From positions 320,001-384,000 of the forward strand of contig CAWEMM010000012.1 of the NCBI GenBank assembly GCA_963810095.1: a DNA stretch of 64,000 bases. The letters are read 5' to 3'. This stretch comes from an uncultured Chloroflexia bacterium. GTDB lineage: Bacteria > Chloroflexota > Anaerolineae > CG2-30-64-16. Of this stretch, positions 33,973 to 48,259 are shown piece by piece (position 1 is the first letter of the stretch; each line of letters begins with the position of its first letter). A program made the position numbers and the translations under genes. The notes below the pieces were generated by a model. That model worked only from the letters and a program-made list of their open reading frames with translations, searched no databases and was not told the origin of the DNA.

Positions 33973-34797
33973 TTAGACGGTCGAGAGATCCCACTCTTCG
34001 TGGATCTTCGGCACGTCGCTGATCAGGCGCCGGGTGTACGTCTCCTTCGGTCGCAGGATCACCTCGTCGGCCGTGCCGTGCTCGACAAACTTGCCCTTCT
34101 CCATGATGTACACGCTGTCGGATACGTAATACGCCAGCCCGATGTCATGGGTGATGAAGATCAGCGTCATGCCGGTCTCGTCGCGCAGCTTCAGCAGGTA
34201 ATCCAGGATGGTCGCGCGTGAGCACGCGTCGATCATCGAAGTAGGCTCGTCGGCAATCAGGATCTTGGGCTTGAGCAGGAAGATGCGGGCGATCATCAGG
34301 CGCTGCATCTGGCCGCCCGACAGCTCGAAGGGATACTTGTTAGTCATCTCCGCGAACTTCAGGTTGACGAAGCTGCACGCTTCGGTCATCAGCTCGATCT
34401 TCTTCTCTTTCGGCAGCCGTCCGCCCCCACGCATCCGGATGCAGTCGAGCAGCACAGCGTCGACCTTGTGAAAGGTGTTGTAGGCCGAGAACGGGTCCTG
34501 GAAAATCGCCTGGATGTTCTTCCAGTATTCCTGCTTTTTCTTGCCGGTGCTGATATCCCGCTTCTGCCCCTGGAAGAAGATCTCGCCCTCGGTCACGCTA
34601 ATCAGGCCGAGCAGCATCTTGGCCAGGGTCGTCTTGCCGCTGCCCGATTCGCCCACGATCGAGATGACTTCGCGCTCGTGAAACGCGAAATCGACGTGGT
34701 CGACGGCGACCGTTCGGGTGCGTCCGAAACCAAAAACCTTGGTGACGCCGGTCCCGCTCAGGCAGAGGTTCTTTTCCGGGGTCGTCTCAGTGGTCAT
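33973..34797 (-). CDS. Oligopeptide/oligosaccharide ABC ATPase (OppF-like)
   Basis: [22 protein letters not shown]. Confidence 0.93.
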   Translation of the reverse strand: MTTETTPEKNLCLSGTGVTKVFGFGRTRTVAVDHVDFAFHEREVISIVGESGSGKTTLAKMLLGLISVTEGEIFFQGQKRDISTGKKKQEYWKNIQAIFQDPFSAYNTFHKVDAVLLDCIRMRGGGRLPKEKKIELMTEACSFVNLKFAEMTNKYPFELSGGQMQRLMIARIFLLKPKILIADEPTSMIDACSRATILDYLLKLRDETGMTLIFITHDIGLAYYVSDSVYIMEKGKFVEHGTADEVILRPKETYTRRLISDVPKIHEEWDLSTV

Positions 34798-35800
34798 GGC
34801 GGTAAGCCTCCCTCAGGTCCTTCTCGGTGAAGATGCAGCGGTACGCCCGGCCCAAGCCCGCATCGTAGAGGCCTACGCTGGTCACCTTGCATTCCGGCCG
34901 GACGTACTTGCAACGCTCGGCAAAACGGCAGCCGGCCGGCGGGTTTTTCAGGTTCGGCGGCACGCCGGGAATGGCCGTCAGCTTGGCCTCGCGTAGGCCG
35001 GCTTCCGGGCACGATGATCGAGCCCATCAGACCCTTTCGAGTATGGGTGAAGCGGGATCGAAGACAGCTTCTTTGGCGCCGGCCTGCTCCACGATCTGCC
35101 CCGCATACATGACCATAATGTCGTTGGTGACGTTGTACAGCAGCGGCAGCTCGTGGGTGATGAAGATCATGGACTTGATGAAGCCTTTTTCCATCGAGTC
35201 CTTCAGCATCTTGATCACCATCTTCTGCGAGGTCACGTCGAGCGCGGAGGAGGGCTCGTCGGCAATGAGCACCTTGGGCGAGAGGAACACCGCGATGGCG
35301 ATGACCGTGCGCTGCTTCATGCCGCCCGACAGCTCGACCGGGTACTTCTCCAGCACCTCTTTCGGCAGCCCCAGCGTCTCGAAGTTGGCACGCGCCATGT
35401 CGTAGATGTACTTCTTGTTCTCGGTCGGATCGTGCGCCAGCACGACGTCTTCGATGAAGTTGATGATCTTGCGCGTCGGGTTGAGCGCGTTCATCGCAGC
35501 CTGCGGGATGTAGGCGATCTCGGTCCCCAGCACCGTCTTGCGCACCTCGTCAGGCTTCATGTTGGTCGTGACGCGGCCGTCGATGATGATCTCGCCGCCC
35601 ATGTAGTGCAGCGGCTTGAAGTAATAGCTCATCAGGCTGAGCGCCAGCGTCGACTTGCCGCAGCCGGATTCGCCGGCAATGCCCAGCGACTTCCCCTCTT
35701 CGACCTTCAGCGACACGTGGTCCACCGCATACACGCTCTCGTTGTACCGCGTGACGTACTTGGTGGTGAGGTCCTTGACCTCGAGAATGACTTTGCCCAT
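34794..35800 (-). CDS. Oligopeptide/oligosaccharide ABC ATPase (OppD-like; frameshifted C-terminus)
   Basis: [26 protein letters not shown]; C-terminal GCRFAERC Fe-S motif in a shifted frame. Confidence 0.9.
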
Positions 35801-35822
35801 ACTCAATCACCTCCGTGGCGGC

Positions 35823-35871
35823 AGAAACCAGGTTTCTGCCTTGCCAGCCAGGCTGGCGTAACCTGGTTTCT
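35823..35871. repeat. Family B palindrome
   Basis: agaaaccaggtttc ... aacctggtttct abutting the oppC stop. Confidence 0.75.
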
Positions 35872-37124
35872 TACTCCCGCAACGCAGGGTTGAATACCTG
35901 GTCGAGGCCGGTATTCATCAGGTTCATCGAGAACGTGATCAGCGCGATGGTCAGGAGGACGGGGAAAATGGCCCACCACTTGCCAAGGATGTGCGCCTGG
36001 TAGATCATCGCCCATTGCATCATCAGGCCCAGCGTCGGCACCTCGGTCGTCCTGGGTCCCAGCCCCAGGATCGCCAACCCGGCCTCGGCCAGGATCGCCG
36101 ACGACATCTGGAGGATCAGTGCCATGACGACGTACGACATGATGTAGGGCAGGATATCTGTCGCGATGATGCGCGGCAGCGAGTGTCCCGAGAGCTTGGA
36201 GAGGTTGACGTGGTCGCGATTGCGCAGGGAGAATACGGAGGCGCGCACTGAACGGGCGGTCCACATCCATGCGGTCAGCCCGATCACGACCGCAATCGTG
36301 ATGGCCCCGCGTTTATCCTGCCCGATGCTGAACGAGATCAGGATCAGCAGCACGAACGACGGGATGACGGTGAAAATGTTCGTGAAGAAGATGATGATGT
36401 CGTCGGCCAGGCCGCCCACATACCCCGCCACCAGGCCGAGTGTCAACCCGATCGAGGTGGCAATGAGCCCCGCGATCAAGCCCATCAGCAGCGATACGCC
36501 GGTCGCCCGGACCAACTGGGTCGCCACATCGCGGCCGAAGTTGTCCGTGCCCAGGGGCAAGATCCGCACGTTCGCAAGTTCGCTAACGTTCACGTAGTCG
36601 GTCGGCTTGACTTCGCCGGTTTTCTCCAGGGCGCCGACTCGTCTTATTCGTCGCGGCGATGACCGCGCTTCCGGGGGACAAAAGGCTCTGGATCGACGTG
36701 TTCAGTCGCTGATAATAGCGCGACTTCGCCAACGTCATCCCCGGAACCTGTTTCTTGGGGTCGTAGTTGGTCTTCCACAGCGCCAGCAGCTTCGCAGCAT
36801 CGGCGATGTCGATCTCGCCGTCCGCGATCCCCGCGGCGAGGAGCCACTCCCGCATGGCAGCCCGGTCATCCATCGTCAGCTTACTGGCGAGGCGCTTGGT
36901 GGCCGCGTCGTCGAGGTTCAGCGTGTACGTCGTCGGAGGGGGTGAGGCGTCGTACGCGCTGACGTAGATGCCGGGCGGGAAGAAGGTGCCCTGGGCAATG
37001 ATCTGCAGGGGCGAGTTCCGCACGAACAGCGGATACACGAAAACGATCAGCACCACTGCGACCAGGATCGTAAAGCCCACCACGAACTTGCCGGAGTGGA
37101 AAACCTGCGAAGGGTGTTTTTCAT
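35871..37124 (-). CDS. ABC permease (OppC-like) with large extracytoplasmic insertion (frameshifted)
   Basis: [28 protein letters not shown]. Confidence 0.88.
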
Positions 37125-37223
37125 AGCAGCAGTTTCCTCTGGCTCAGAGACCTGGAAGACCGCCCCGGCGGGCAAGTGGTGCAGCCGAGCACCCGCCGCA
37201 GCCGCGAGCGAACCCGCTTGCTC

Positions 37224-38230
37224 TCAGTCTGACTGGGTCGCCTTAATGCGCGGGTCGATAAAGCCGTACGCCAGCTCGAGCGACGAAGTTCGCGATCAGC
37301 ACCATCATCGTGACGATCAGCGCGGCCGCGGAGACCAGCGGATAATCCTGGCCCAGCACGGCGTCTCGAAGCGTGGTGCCAATGCCCGGGTAGCTGAAGA
37401 TGATCTCGGCAATCAGGGCGCCACCGATCATCGTGCCGAGCGCAAGCGCCAGGCCGGTGATCTGCGGGAGCATGGCGTTGCGGAACACGTAGCCCGCGAT
37501 CTTGCGGTCCTTGATGCCCATGAAACGGCTGAACCGCACATAGTCCGCGTTGAGTTCGTAGATCGACATCGAGCGCATGCCGATCGCATAGCCGCCGATG
37601 CCGATCAAGACGATCGACCAGAACGGCAGCTGGTAATGGATGAAGGCGGACTTGAGGAAGCCAGGTGTCAAGCTGGGAATCATGTCAAACCCATAGCCGC
37701 CCGAGGTTGGAAACCAATTAAGCTTGACGGCCAAGAAAACGAGCAGGATGATGGCCATGCCGAAGGCAGGGAAGCTGCTGATGAACAGCGCCGCGGGCAT
37801 CAGCACCTTGTCGAAAGTCCCCTTGATGTAGGCCGCCAGCGCGCCGAGGACGTTCCCGAGCGTCCAGCCGACGATGATTGCAGGAATCTGCAAGATGATC
37901 GTCCACCAAATGGAGGCTCCGAGAACCTGCGCCACGGTCCGGGGATATTGGCTGAACGAAAAACCGAAGTCGCCGTGCAGCACGTTCTTTACGTACATGA
38001 CGAACTGCTCGAGGATGGGCTTGTTTGTGCCGAAGAGCTTCGGTGTACTGCTGGTAGATCGCCTGGGCACCGATCGCGTTGCTCATGCCCTGCGCCTGCC
38101 TCGCGACGATGGCCGCCACCGGATCGCCGGGCATCAGGCGCGGCAGGATGAAGTTAAGCAGGAAGGCAAACACGAAGGTGATGGCAAACCAGCCCAGTTT
38201 GTTGAGGAAATAGCGTCGGTAGCCTTTCAA
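37224..38230 (-). CDS. ABC permease (OppB-like; frameshifted)
   Basis: [31 protein letters not shown]. Confidence 0.9.
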
Positions 38231-38273
38231 CCCAACACCCCCTGTGCGTTAGTTTCTGAGCCACCCCAGAAAT

Positions 38274-38378
38274 AGGACGCAGATCACGCCGTCACCCGAG
38301 GTGCCGGCCGATGGGAGGGATTCGCACGAGCCTCGAGCGGACCGTGAGAACCCCACCCATCTGCGTCATCTGCGTCCT
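38274..38378. repeat. Family D palindrome (GACGCAGAT type)
   Basis: aggacgcagat ... atctgcgtcatctgcgtcct. Confidence 0.65.
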
Positions 38379-38401
38379 GTCCATTTTCAGAGCGCGAACC
38401 G

Positions 38402-40364
<1,963 letters not shown>

Positions 40365-40553
40365 GGTGACTTCTCTCCTAAGTGTGAGGTTAGAACAAAC
40401 AGTGCGCGGTGACGGAGTGGTCTTCTGGGCAGCGATTCACCTCCTCGTGATGCTTCTCGGGTAGAAAACGGGGTAATCCACGGCGCCGCGGTCGGGTGTC
40501 AGAAGCGACAGTTGCCGGAGTTCTGTGCCGCGACCTGGCATAGCAGTGAGGAA

Positions 40554-40582
40554 ATGGTAGCACGATTACGTTGGCCTGTCAA
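40554..40582 (-). promoter_or_regulatory. Sigma70 promoter of the Opp-type operon
   Basis: TTGACA-17-TACCAT with extended TG. Confidence 0.7.
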
Positions 40583-40597
40583 AATCGGCGAAAGGCC

Positions 40598-40613
40598 GTG
40601 GGAGCGTTCCCAC
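40598..40613. promoter_or_regulatory. CelR-like operator GTGGGAGCGTTCCCAC
   Basis: One mismatch from the actinobacterial CelR box TGGGAGCGCTCCCA. Confidence 0.7.
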
Positions 40614-40680
40614 CGGCACCAGACGCGGTTGGCGGGGAGGCAGGGCCGCGACTCGGCGGAGTCAGTTTTTTCGAACCCTC

Positions 40681-40736
40681 TTGACAAGTGAACCGGCAAT
40701 ATGCTAGGATGACAGCGCTTTCAGAAAGCGCTTGCA
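40681..40736 (+). promoter_or_regulatory. Promoter (TTGACA-18-TAGGAT) followed by tandem operators TGACAGCGCTTTCA / AGAAAGCGCTTGCA
   Basis: Read directly from sequence upstream of the lacI gene. Confidence 0.65.
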
Positions 40737-40815
40737 GTCTCTTGCGGCCCTGCTCCCGCAGGTTGCAGAGACCTCGTGGTACCGCTCTTTCGTTGCTTCG
40801 GTTGACGGAGTCGGG

Positions 40816-41838
40816 ATGTCAGTGCCACTGCAAAAACGTGCTACCATCTCCGACGTAGCACGGTTGGCGGGTGTCTCCATTTCCACCGTGAGTCGAGTGG
40901 TAAATGGGAACGCGCCGGTGGCGGGCACGACAGTACAGCGCGTCCGCCACGCCATCGACTCACTCCACTACCTGCCTTCTTCAGCCGCTCGCTCTTTGGC
41001 CGGCCGGCGCACCAACACCATTGGACTCTACCTGCCCCAGGTCAGCGGCGGCTTTTTCGCGGCCCTCTTCCAGGGCGTGGAAAGCGGGGTTCGCACTGCG
41101 GGCTTCGACCTGTTGATCCACGCACATCCCCAGGCCCCCGACGGCGCAGCCCGCGTCAGCCTGCCCCTGGCCGAGCACAACACGGACGGCGTGCTCGTCT
41201 TTACCAGCGCCGTGCCCGACGCGACGATCGTCGCGCTCGCCGAGCGAGGCGTGCCGCTCGTGCTGCTGTTTCGCGCGGCCCCGCCCGGCGTCCTCGCCTC
41301 CAGCGTGGTCATCGAGAATGTCACCAGCGCCCGCGCACTGATCGACCATCTCATCGAGGTCCACGGACGTCGCCGGATTGCCCTGCTGCGCGGGCCCGAC
41401 GAGAACGAAGATTCCGAAGAACGGGTGCGCGGGTACCGCGCCTCGCTGGAAGCGCACGGCATACCCTATGACGACCGGCGCGTCGCGCGCGGCGACTTCC
41501 ACGGCGACCACGCCGGAGCAGCCGTGCAGGCCTGGCTGGATCGCGGGATCGAGTTCGATGCGCTCTTTGCGGGCGACGACGAGTCGGCCATGGGTGCGCT
41601 GCGCGTCCTGCGCGCGGCCGACCGCCGCGTGCCGGAAGACGTCGCGCTCGTCGGCTTCGACGATGTCCCCGTTGCGTCGTTGGTCGTGCCGCCGCTCACC
41701 ACAGTCCACGTGCCGATCGAGACTGCCGGCTTGCTGGCCGCGCAGTTGCTCGTCGAGTTGATCCAGACGGGGGAAGCCCCGAAGAACCGGGTGCTGCCCA
41801 CCGAAGTCGTGATCCGGCAGTCTTGCGGCTGTCCCTGA
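40816..41838 (+). CDS. LacI-family regulator
   Basis: ATISDVARLAGVSISTVSRVVN; VGFDD; PLTTV. Confidence 0.93.
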   Translation: MSVPLQKRATISDVARLAGVSISTVSRVVNGNAPVAGTTVQRVRHAIDSLHYLPSSAARSLAGRRTNTIGLYLPQVSGGFFAALFQGVESGVRTAGFDLLIHAHPQAPDGAARVSLPLAEHNTDGVLVFTSAVPDATIVALAERGVPLVLLFRAAPPGVLASSVVIENVTSARALIDHLIEVHGRRRIALLRGPDENEDSEERVRGYRASLEAHGIPYDDRRVARGDFHGDHAGAAVQAWLDRGIEFDALFAGDDESAMGALRVLRAADRRVPEDVALVGFDDVPVASLVVPPLTTVHVPIETAGLLAAQLLVELIQTGEAPKNRVLPTEVVIRQSCGCP

Positions 41839-41978
41839 AGCCGCCCACCGGGCCTGCGGCCCCGCGCCCGTGCGCTGCCTGCAACTTTCCACACGCAGTG
41901 AAGGGAGGTGATCGTCAGCACGCCAGTACACGTTACGGCCGTTAATCTCGACGCCGGACGTTTCTATCACTTTATGAG

Positions 41979-42467
41979 GAAGAGACCTGGGATGGGCCCA
42001 AGGCGCAGGATTGGGCGCGGCTGGGCAAGGCGGCCGACGAGTTCAAGATCATGGTCTATGATTACTCCAGCGGCGCCAGCAAGGCCGGCGAGATTGCACC
42101 CCTCGGCTGGGCCGGCGAGGTACTGACCTATGCTGCCACGCTCGTCCAGCCGGAGAAGACTTTCTTGGGCGTTCCGGTGTACGGTTACGACTGGACGGGG
42201 TCGGTGGGGCAACCGCTCGATTGGATCAAGGCAACCAAGATCGCGGGACAGCAAGGTGCAGAAATCAAGCGGAGCGAGTCAAACGAAGCCTGGTTCACGT
42301 ACAGCGACGGCAAGAACACGGTATACTTCAACGACGGGCTCACGATGCGAACCCGGCTCGAAACCCTGCTGGCGCGGCACCCTGACATCGCGGGGATCGC
42401 GCTGTGGCGGCTGGGCAACGAGGACCCGGCCAACTGGACTGCTATGCGGGATGCACTGGCGCGCTGA
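41979..42467 (+). pseudogene. C-terminal remnant of a GH18 (YaaH/chitinase-like) hydrolase
   Basis: QDWARLGKAADEFKIMVYDY, KTFLGVPVYGYDW, AGIALWRLGNED; no N-terminal half and no DxxDxDxE motif. Confidence 0.65.
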
Positions 42468-42513
42468 GAAAACAGGTCCGTGGCAGAGACCCGGTCTGTC
42501 AAAGGGGGAACGT

Positions 42514-43811
42514 ATGAAAGTGGCGGTTTTCGGCGGCGGTTCAAGCTACACGCCGGAATTGGTCAAGGGGTTTCTGGATCGGGCCGAGAGCTTCCCCATG
42601 ACGGAGCTGTGGCTGGCCGACATTTCGCAGGAGCGGTTGGACATTGTCGGCGGGTTTGCCCGACGCATGGCCAAAGCTGCGGGCAGCCCGTTTGAGGTGC
42701 AACTGACGACAAACCAGCGGGCTGCCGTCGAGGGTGCGAGCTATGTCACGACGCAGCTACGAGTGGGGGGGATGGCCGCTCGCCGCGAGGACGAGTACCT
42801 GGGCAAGCGGCACGGGTTGATCGGGCAGGAAACGACGGGCGTGGGCGGCATGGCCAAAGCGCTCCGCACGATCCCTGTCATCCTTAGCATTGCCGCCGAC
42901 ATGCAAGAGCTGGCGCCCGGCGCGCTGCTGGTCAACTTCACCAACCCGGCCGGCCTGGTCACCGAAGCGCTGGCCCGCCATGCGCCGGGAGTGCCCGCGG
43001 TGGGCGTCTGCAATGTGCCCATCACGACGAAAATGCACATGCTGGAGTTGTTTGAGAAGCGCACCGGCCGCAAGCTCGACCCCGCGCTGGCCCAGTTGGA
43101 CACGCTCGGACTCAACCACCTCTCGTGGCACCGGGGCCTGAGCTACGACGGCGAAGACCTGTGGCCCGAGGTGTTCGCCGGCACGCTCGAGGGGTTGCGT
43201 GCCGAAGAACATCCTGCATGGGACCCGCACCTGCTGGAGATCCTCGGTATGGTGCCGAACTACTACCTGCAATACTTCTACTACACCGCTCACAAGCTGG
43301 CGGAGCAAGAGCAGTGGCCGCCGTCGCGCGCGGAGGCGGTCATGGCGATCGAGGGCGACCTGCTGCGCGAGTACGCTGACCCGAACCTCACCAGCCGCCC
43401 GCCGACCTGATGAAGCGCGGGGGCGCGTATTACTCCACCCTGGCGACCCAGCTGCTGAACGCCCACTACAACGACCTGGGCGAGGAGCACGTGGTCAACA
43501 CCGTCCATGCCGGCGCGGTGCCCGGCTGGCCCGATAACTGGGTGCTCGAGATGCCCGTGACGGTGAGCCGCGCCGGCGTGACGCCGCTGCCCGCCCTGCC
43601 GCTGCCCCAGGCGTGCTTTGGCCTCGTGGCTGCGGTCAAGTCATACGAAATCCTGACGGCCGAGGCGGCGGTGCGGGGCGACCGCGATCTCCTGTACCAG
43701 GCGCTGCTGGTCCACCCGCTCGGGCCCCAGGCCGGCGAGGTGGAAGCCGTCATGAACGACTTGCTGGAGATCAACCGGCACTATTTGCCCCGGTTCTGGA
43801 GGGCCTCGTGA
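42514..43811 (+). CDS. GH4 6-phospho-beta-glucosidase (LicH/ChbF-like; frameshift near 43405)
   Basis: MKVAVFGGGSSYTPEL, GQETTGVGG, NFTNPAG, GVCNVP, GLNHL, RGGAYYS. Confidence 0.92.
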
Positions 43812-44822
43812 GCGGCGGCACTGAAGGGACGGGCGGCCGCGGCCGCCGCTGCTACCTGGGCGTGGACATCGGCGCGACGAAAAGCCACGCCGTCCTTGCC
43901 GACGAGACAGGCTGCGTGATCGGCGTGGGGCAGGCCGGCCCGGGCAACCACGAGGTCGTCGGATACGAGGGACTGCGCGAGGTGCTTGCGGAAATCGTCG
44001 GCCAGGCGCTGGCCGCGCGCGGGCCTGCGCAAGGCGGATATCGCGGGCGCAGGCTTCGGCGTTGCCGGCTACGACTGGCCCTCGGAACGGGCAGACACGC
44101 TCGCGGCCATCCACACGCTTGGGCTGGCGTGTCCGGTAGAGGCCGTCAACGACACCCTGATCGGCCTGCTGGCGGGCGCGTCGCAGGGCTGGGGCGTGGC
44201 AGTCGTCGCGGGCACCAGCAATAACTGCTGGGGCTGGAACGCGTCGCGCACCCGTGTGGGACACGTGACGGGCAACGGTTCGATGTTTGCCGAGTTCGGC
44301 GGTGCGTCAGAGCTCATGTGGAAGGCGCGGTCTGCCGTGGCCGCAGAGTACACCCGCCGGGGGCCCGCAACCGCGCTCACCCAGGCGTTCATGCGGATCG
44401 CCGGGGCGCCCTCCCTGGAAGACCTGCTCGATGGGCTGAGCCAGGGTCACTACCGGGTGGGGTCCGAATATGCGCCGCTCGTGTTTCAGTTGGCCGACTC
44501 GGGAGACGCCGTGGCCGACCAGTGCATCGCATGGGCAGGCCGGGAGCTGGGCAGCCTGGCGTGCGGCGTTATCCGGCAAGTCGGTATCGAGCACCTTGCG
44601 TTCGAGGTCGTGCTCGTGGGCAGCTTGTACCAGGGCGGCGAGCGCCTGATACGGCCCATGCGCGAGGCGATTCGGGAAGTCGCGCCAAAAGTGACGTTGG
44701 TCAAACTGGCCGCCCGACCGGTAGCGGGCGCGGTCGTGTTAGGCATGGCGCAGGCGGGGCTCGACGGATCTCAAATCCGCGAGCGGCTGCTGGAGAACAC
44801 GCGCGTCCACCTGGCAGGATGA
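43808..44822 (+). CDS. BadF/BadG/BcrA/BcrD-family sugar kinase (frameshift near 44015)
   Basis: YLGVDIGATKS, AGPGN, VNDT, VAGTS. Confidence 0.85.
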
Positions 44823-44852
44823 GTAAATTTGAGATTGAGGTATAGGTAAGGC

Positions 44853-45632
44853 ATGACCACAGATAACCAGGCGATCGACGAGCTGCAGGCGGCGCAGATG
44901 CGGCCGCTGCGCGAGATCTTGAAGTCGCAGGAGTGGCAGTCGTTTGCCAGTATGGGAACGCCCCAGCAGCGTGGCGTAGCGCCGCCGCCCCTCGAGAAGC
45001 CCGCTCCCCCCGACGCGCGACTGTTGGACCTCGTGCCGCCCGCTCAGTTCACGAGCGGCGCCATGCCGCTCGTCCAGGCGATCGGCAAGCGGCGCAGCCG
45101 GCGCACGTACACGGCGCATGCCCTGACGCTCGAAGAGCTGTCGTTCCTCCTGTGGGCGTGCCAGGGCATCGAGAAGGTGGCGAACAACATCCGGGCGTTC
45201 CGCACGGTGCCCTCGGCCGGCTGCCGGCATCCCTTCGAAACCTACGTCCTGGTGAATCGGGTGGAGGGGCTCGAGGCGGGACTGTACCGTTACCTGCCGG
45301 TCGAACACAAGCTGTGCCTGCTGCGGAATGACGAAGACGTTGCGCTGGAAATCCACGTCGCGAGCGAAGAACAGTACGTGCTCGAAAGCGCGGTCACCTT
45401 CGTCTGGACCGTCGTTCCCTACCGCACGGAGTGGCGTTACCTGCACCACTCCCACCGGGTGATCCTTATGGACATCGGGCACGCGTGCCAGAACCTCTAC
45501 CTAGCGGCCGAATCGATCGGCTGCGGCACGTGTGCGCTTGGCGCGTACCACCAGGAGAAAATGGACGCGGCGTTGGGCGTGGACGGCGAAGAGGAGTTCA
45601 CCGTCTACCTGGCGCCGGTCGGGCGAGTGTGA
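44853..45632 (+). CDS. SagB/ThcOx-like nitroreductase-family flavoprotein
   Basis: RRSRR, LEELSFLLW, RTVPSAG, GHACQNLYLAAE. Confidence 0.88.
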   Translation: MTTDNQAIDELQAAQMRPLREILKSQEWQSFASMGTPQQRGVAPPPLEKPAPPDARLLDLVPPAQFTSGAMPLVQAIGKRRSRRTYTAHALTLEELSFLLWACQGIEKVANNIRAFRTVPSAGCRHPFETYVLVNRVEGLEAGLYRYLPVEHKLCLLRNDEDVALEIHVASEEQYVLESAVTFVWTVVPYRTEWRYLHHSHRVILMDIGHACQNLYLAAESIGCGTCALGAYHQEKMDAALGVDGEEEFTVYLAPVGRV

Positions 45633-45692
45633 CCCAACGCAGAGGACGCAGATCGCTGCCCAGATCAGACAGGTGATCTGGAACGTCCGACC

Positions 45693-45795
45693 TGAGAATA
45701 GCACGCTGATGCAACTGATTGAACCGATCTTCTTTATCCTTGCCGGAAGGGACTGTAATAATCAGTGGGATCGGTTCAATCAGTGTCCCGTTTCA
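45693..45795 (-). repeat. Family C element, copy 2 (preceded by a family D-like hairpin at 45643-45688)
   Basis: Reverse complement reads tgaaacgggacactgattgaaccgat...gttcaatcagttgcatcagcgt. Confidence 0.8.
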
Positions 45796-45826
45796 CCCCT
45801 CGCTGTCCAGCTGCGCGGGTGAGTGT

Positions 45827-48259
45827 TCATTTCTGCCACTCGTAGATCGCCTGCGCGCTCCAGTCGGCGCCCGGTTGCCACGGCACAGGCCCGGCTGCGG
45901 GCTGCCCGTCGAACTGGGCATCCACCACAAACGGTTCGTACCCGGTCGTGGTGGCCCGATAGATCCCCGTTCCACCCTCCCGTTCCAGCGTCAGCAGCAC
46001 GGTATTCTCCCCATCGTCGAGCAGCGCGGGGTGTCCTTCCGCCTCTGTCCCCGGCGTCAGGGGGAACGAGGTGGCAGCATCATAGAAATACCGCCCGTAC
46101 ACGCGCGGCAACCCGTCCTGGTTTGAGAGGTACGCGAACAACTCGCGGCCCACTGCCGCATCGCGCTCGTCGGCCGGCGAGTCGACAACGGAGAGCAATT
46201 CGGGTGTATCGAACGTTCCGTCACTCTGCCGAATATGCCCGAGCTCCCTGGATGTCGTTGGATGCCGCTCGCGCCCGCTCCCGTGAAGAAGAGGCGCAGG
46301 CTGTCAGGCCACCACGCAGGGCGCCACGAGCCGCCGGTTCCCGAGGTCAGCCGCCGCGCCGGGCCACCCCCGGCCGGTGCGATGTAAATCTGAGGCGTCC
46401 CGTCGCGCGTCGAGGTGAACGCAATCCACTTGCCATCCGGCGACCAGGCGGGCAGCAAGTCGTCTCCCGGCCCGTCGGTGATCTGGCGGAGGTCGCACCC
46501 GGCCCCGTTCGCCATCGCCTGCGTACAATCAGCCCGCTGCGTGAAGATCTTCGCGTTGCCGTCTACGTTCGACTGGAACGCGAACCGCGTCCACGCCGGC
46601 GACCATGCCGGCAGTTGATTGGCCGTTCCCGAGAAGGTCCTGCGCGTGATAGTTTGAGCCGGCCCCTCGCCCGGCTTGCCGCGCTCCGCAGTATACACGT
46701 TGAGGCCGCCGTCCCGGTCCGAGACGAACGCGACCGGGGGCTCCCAGGCCGACCAGGTGTCGCCGCCGTCGGTCGAGCGCAGGAAACCGGGCTCACCCCG
46801 GGCGACGGCGACCAGCGTCCTGTCGGTCGCAAAATCGGGGGAGATGGACAGGTGGGTGACGTAGTGGAAGTTCGGGTAGACCAGGCCGGGCAGCAGCTTC
46901 CAGGTTCTGCCCCGGTCGTCGCTGCGCCACGTCTCCCCGTAGCCGCCTACTTGCACGAACGCCGTATCGGGTGTGCCCGGGACGGGATAGAAAGCGCGCC
47001 CGGAAAAAGTCCGTGTCTGGCGGGGTCGAACCAGTTCGGCAGGAGTGGGCCGCGCAGCGGGGCAATGCCCGCCGAACGAAGCCGGGCGGTATCCTTCGTG
47101 CCGGTCGAGCCGTCGTCGACGAGATAGAGCCGCGCGCCGTCGGGTGAGAGCAGCAGGTCCTGATCCGGATTCGCGGCGTTCGGCTCCATCGCCACCAGAG
47201 CCAGATCGCTCGCCCGCAGCACCCACAGCCCGCGCTCCCGCAGGACGTAGATCCACTCGCCCGCGGCGTCGATCACCGGCCGGCCGTCAAACGGCTGCGC
47301 CGAACGCACCTCGTGCCCTTCGCGGTCGAAAACGGCCAGCCTGCTGCCCAGAAAGCCCGTCGAGGCAGACATCTCTGCAACAATCCATTGGCCGCCGGCG
47401 CTGACATTTGTCATCTGGCCGCCCACGCCGGGGAATACGACCGGTGGCCCCAGCGTGTCCAGATCATACCCGGCGAGCCATTGCTGCGGATGCGAACCAC
47501 CCGCGGCCGCCATGGTAACGAGTAACTGCCTGCCTACCGGGTCGAGCGTAATCGCCTGGGGTCGCGGCGTGAACTCGGCCAGCGGCCATTCGGTTACCGG
47601 CGTGGGCAGTGCGGCGGCATTTGCCAGGTCATAGGCCCACACCGCATCCTCCGAGAGGATGAACAGCCGGCGCCGACCGTCGAGCGCGACGGGCCCACCT
47701 TTTGGGATCTGCCACACCGGGGCAAAGGACTCGCGTTCGAGCACGAGCGTGCGGGTGAGGGCTTCGGACGACAAGACCAGGAAGTGTTCGCCGATCGCCA
47801 TGTGCCCGCGCCCGGGGTCTCGTCCCTCAAAGAGCGGCCCCGACGTATCGATTAGCCGCATGTCCGGCGCGAAGCGGCTGACCGCACCCGATGCTTGCAG
47901 GAGAAAGAGCCGGCCGTCGGGTGCGATACCCAAGGCGCGGGAACCTGTTTGCGCACCGGGGCCGGGGGCGGGCGGAGGCGGTGGCTTGGCAGTTGGCCCG
48001 GTGGTGGGGGGCGGTGGAGGCAGCGCTTGGGTCGGCACAAGCGGCGTGGGAACCGCCGGGGCGGCGCCGTGGGCGGCTGCGAAACACTGACCAGAGGCAC
48101 GGCGGTTGCCGGCTGAGCCGCGGCGGCCCCAGGCGGACGAGTGCGGCCGGTGCTTGGGTCACCTGTGGCGGGGTCGGGATATTAGGCTGAGGCACGGCCC
48201 GCACAGCCCGCCAGCAGCAGGGTGCCAATGACGACGCACACCAAGCGGCTAAACCACAT
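45827..48259 (-). CDS. Lipoprotein with beta-propeller, BNR and TolB/PD40 repeats (multiple frameshifts)
   Basis: MWFSRLVCVVIGTLLLAGC lipobox; Pro-rich linker; SDDRGRTW/STDGGDTW Asp-boxes; PAWSPDGKWIAFTSTRDG. Confidence 0.75.

Noticed and set aside
44853-45632. SagB-like gene as part of a RiPP (azole) cluster
   Set aside because: No YcaO, precursor peptide or transporter nearby; stand-alone nitroreductase-fold genes are common
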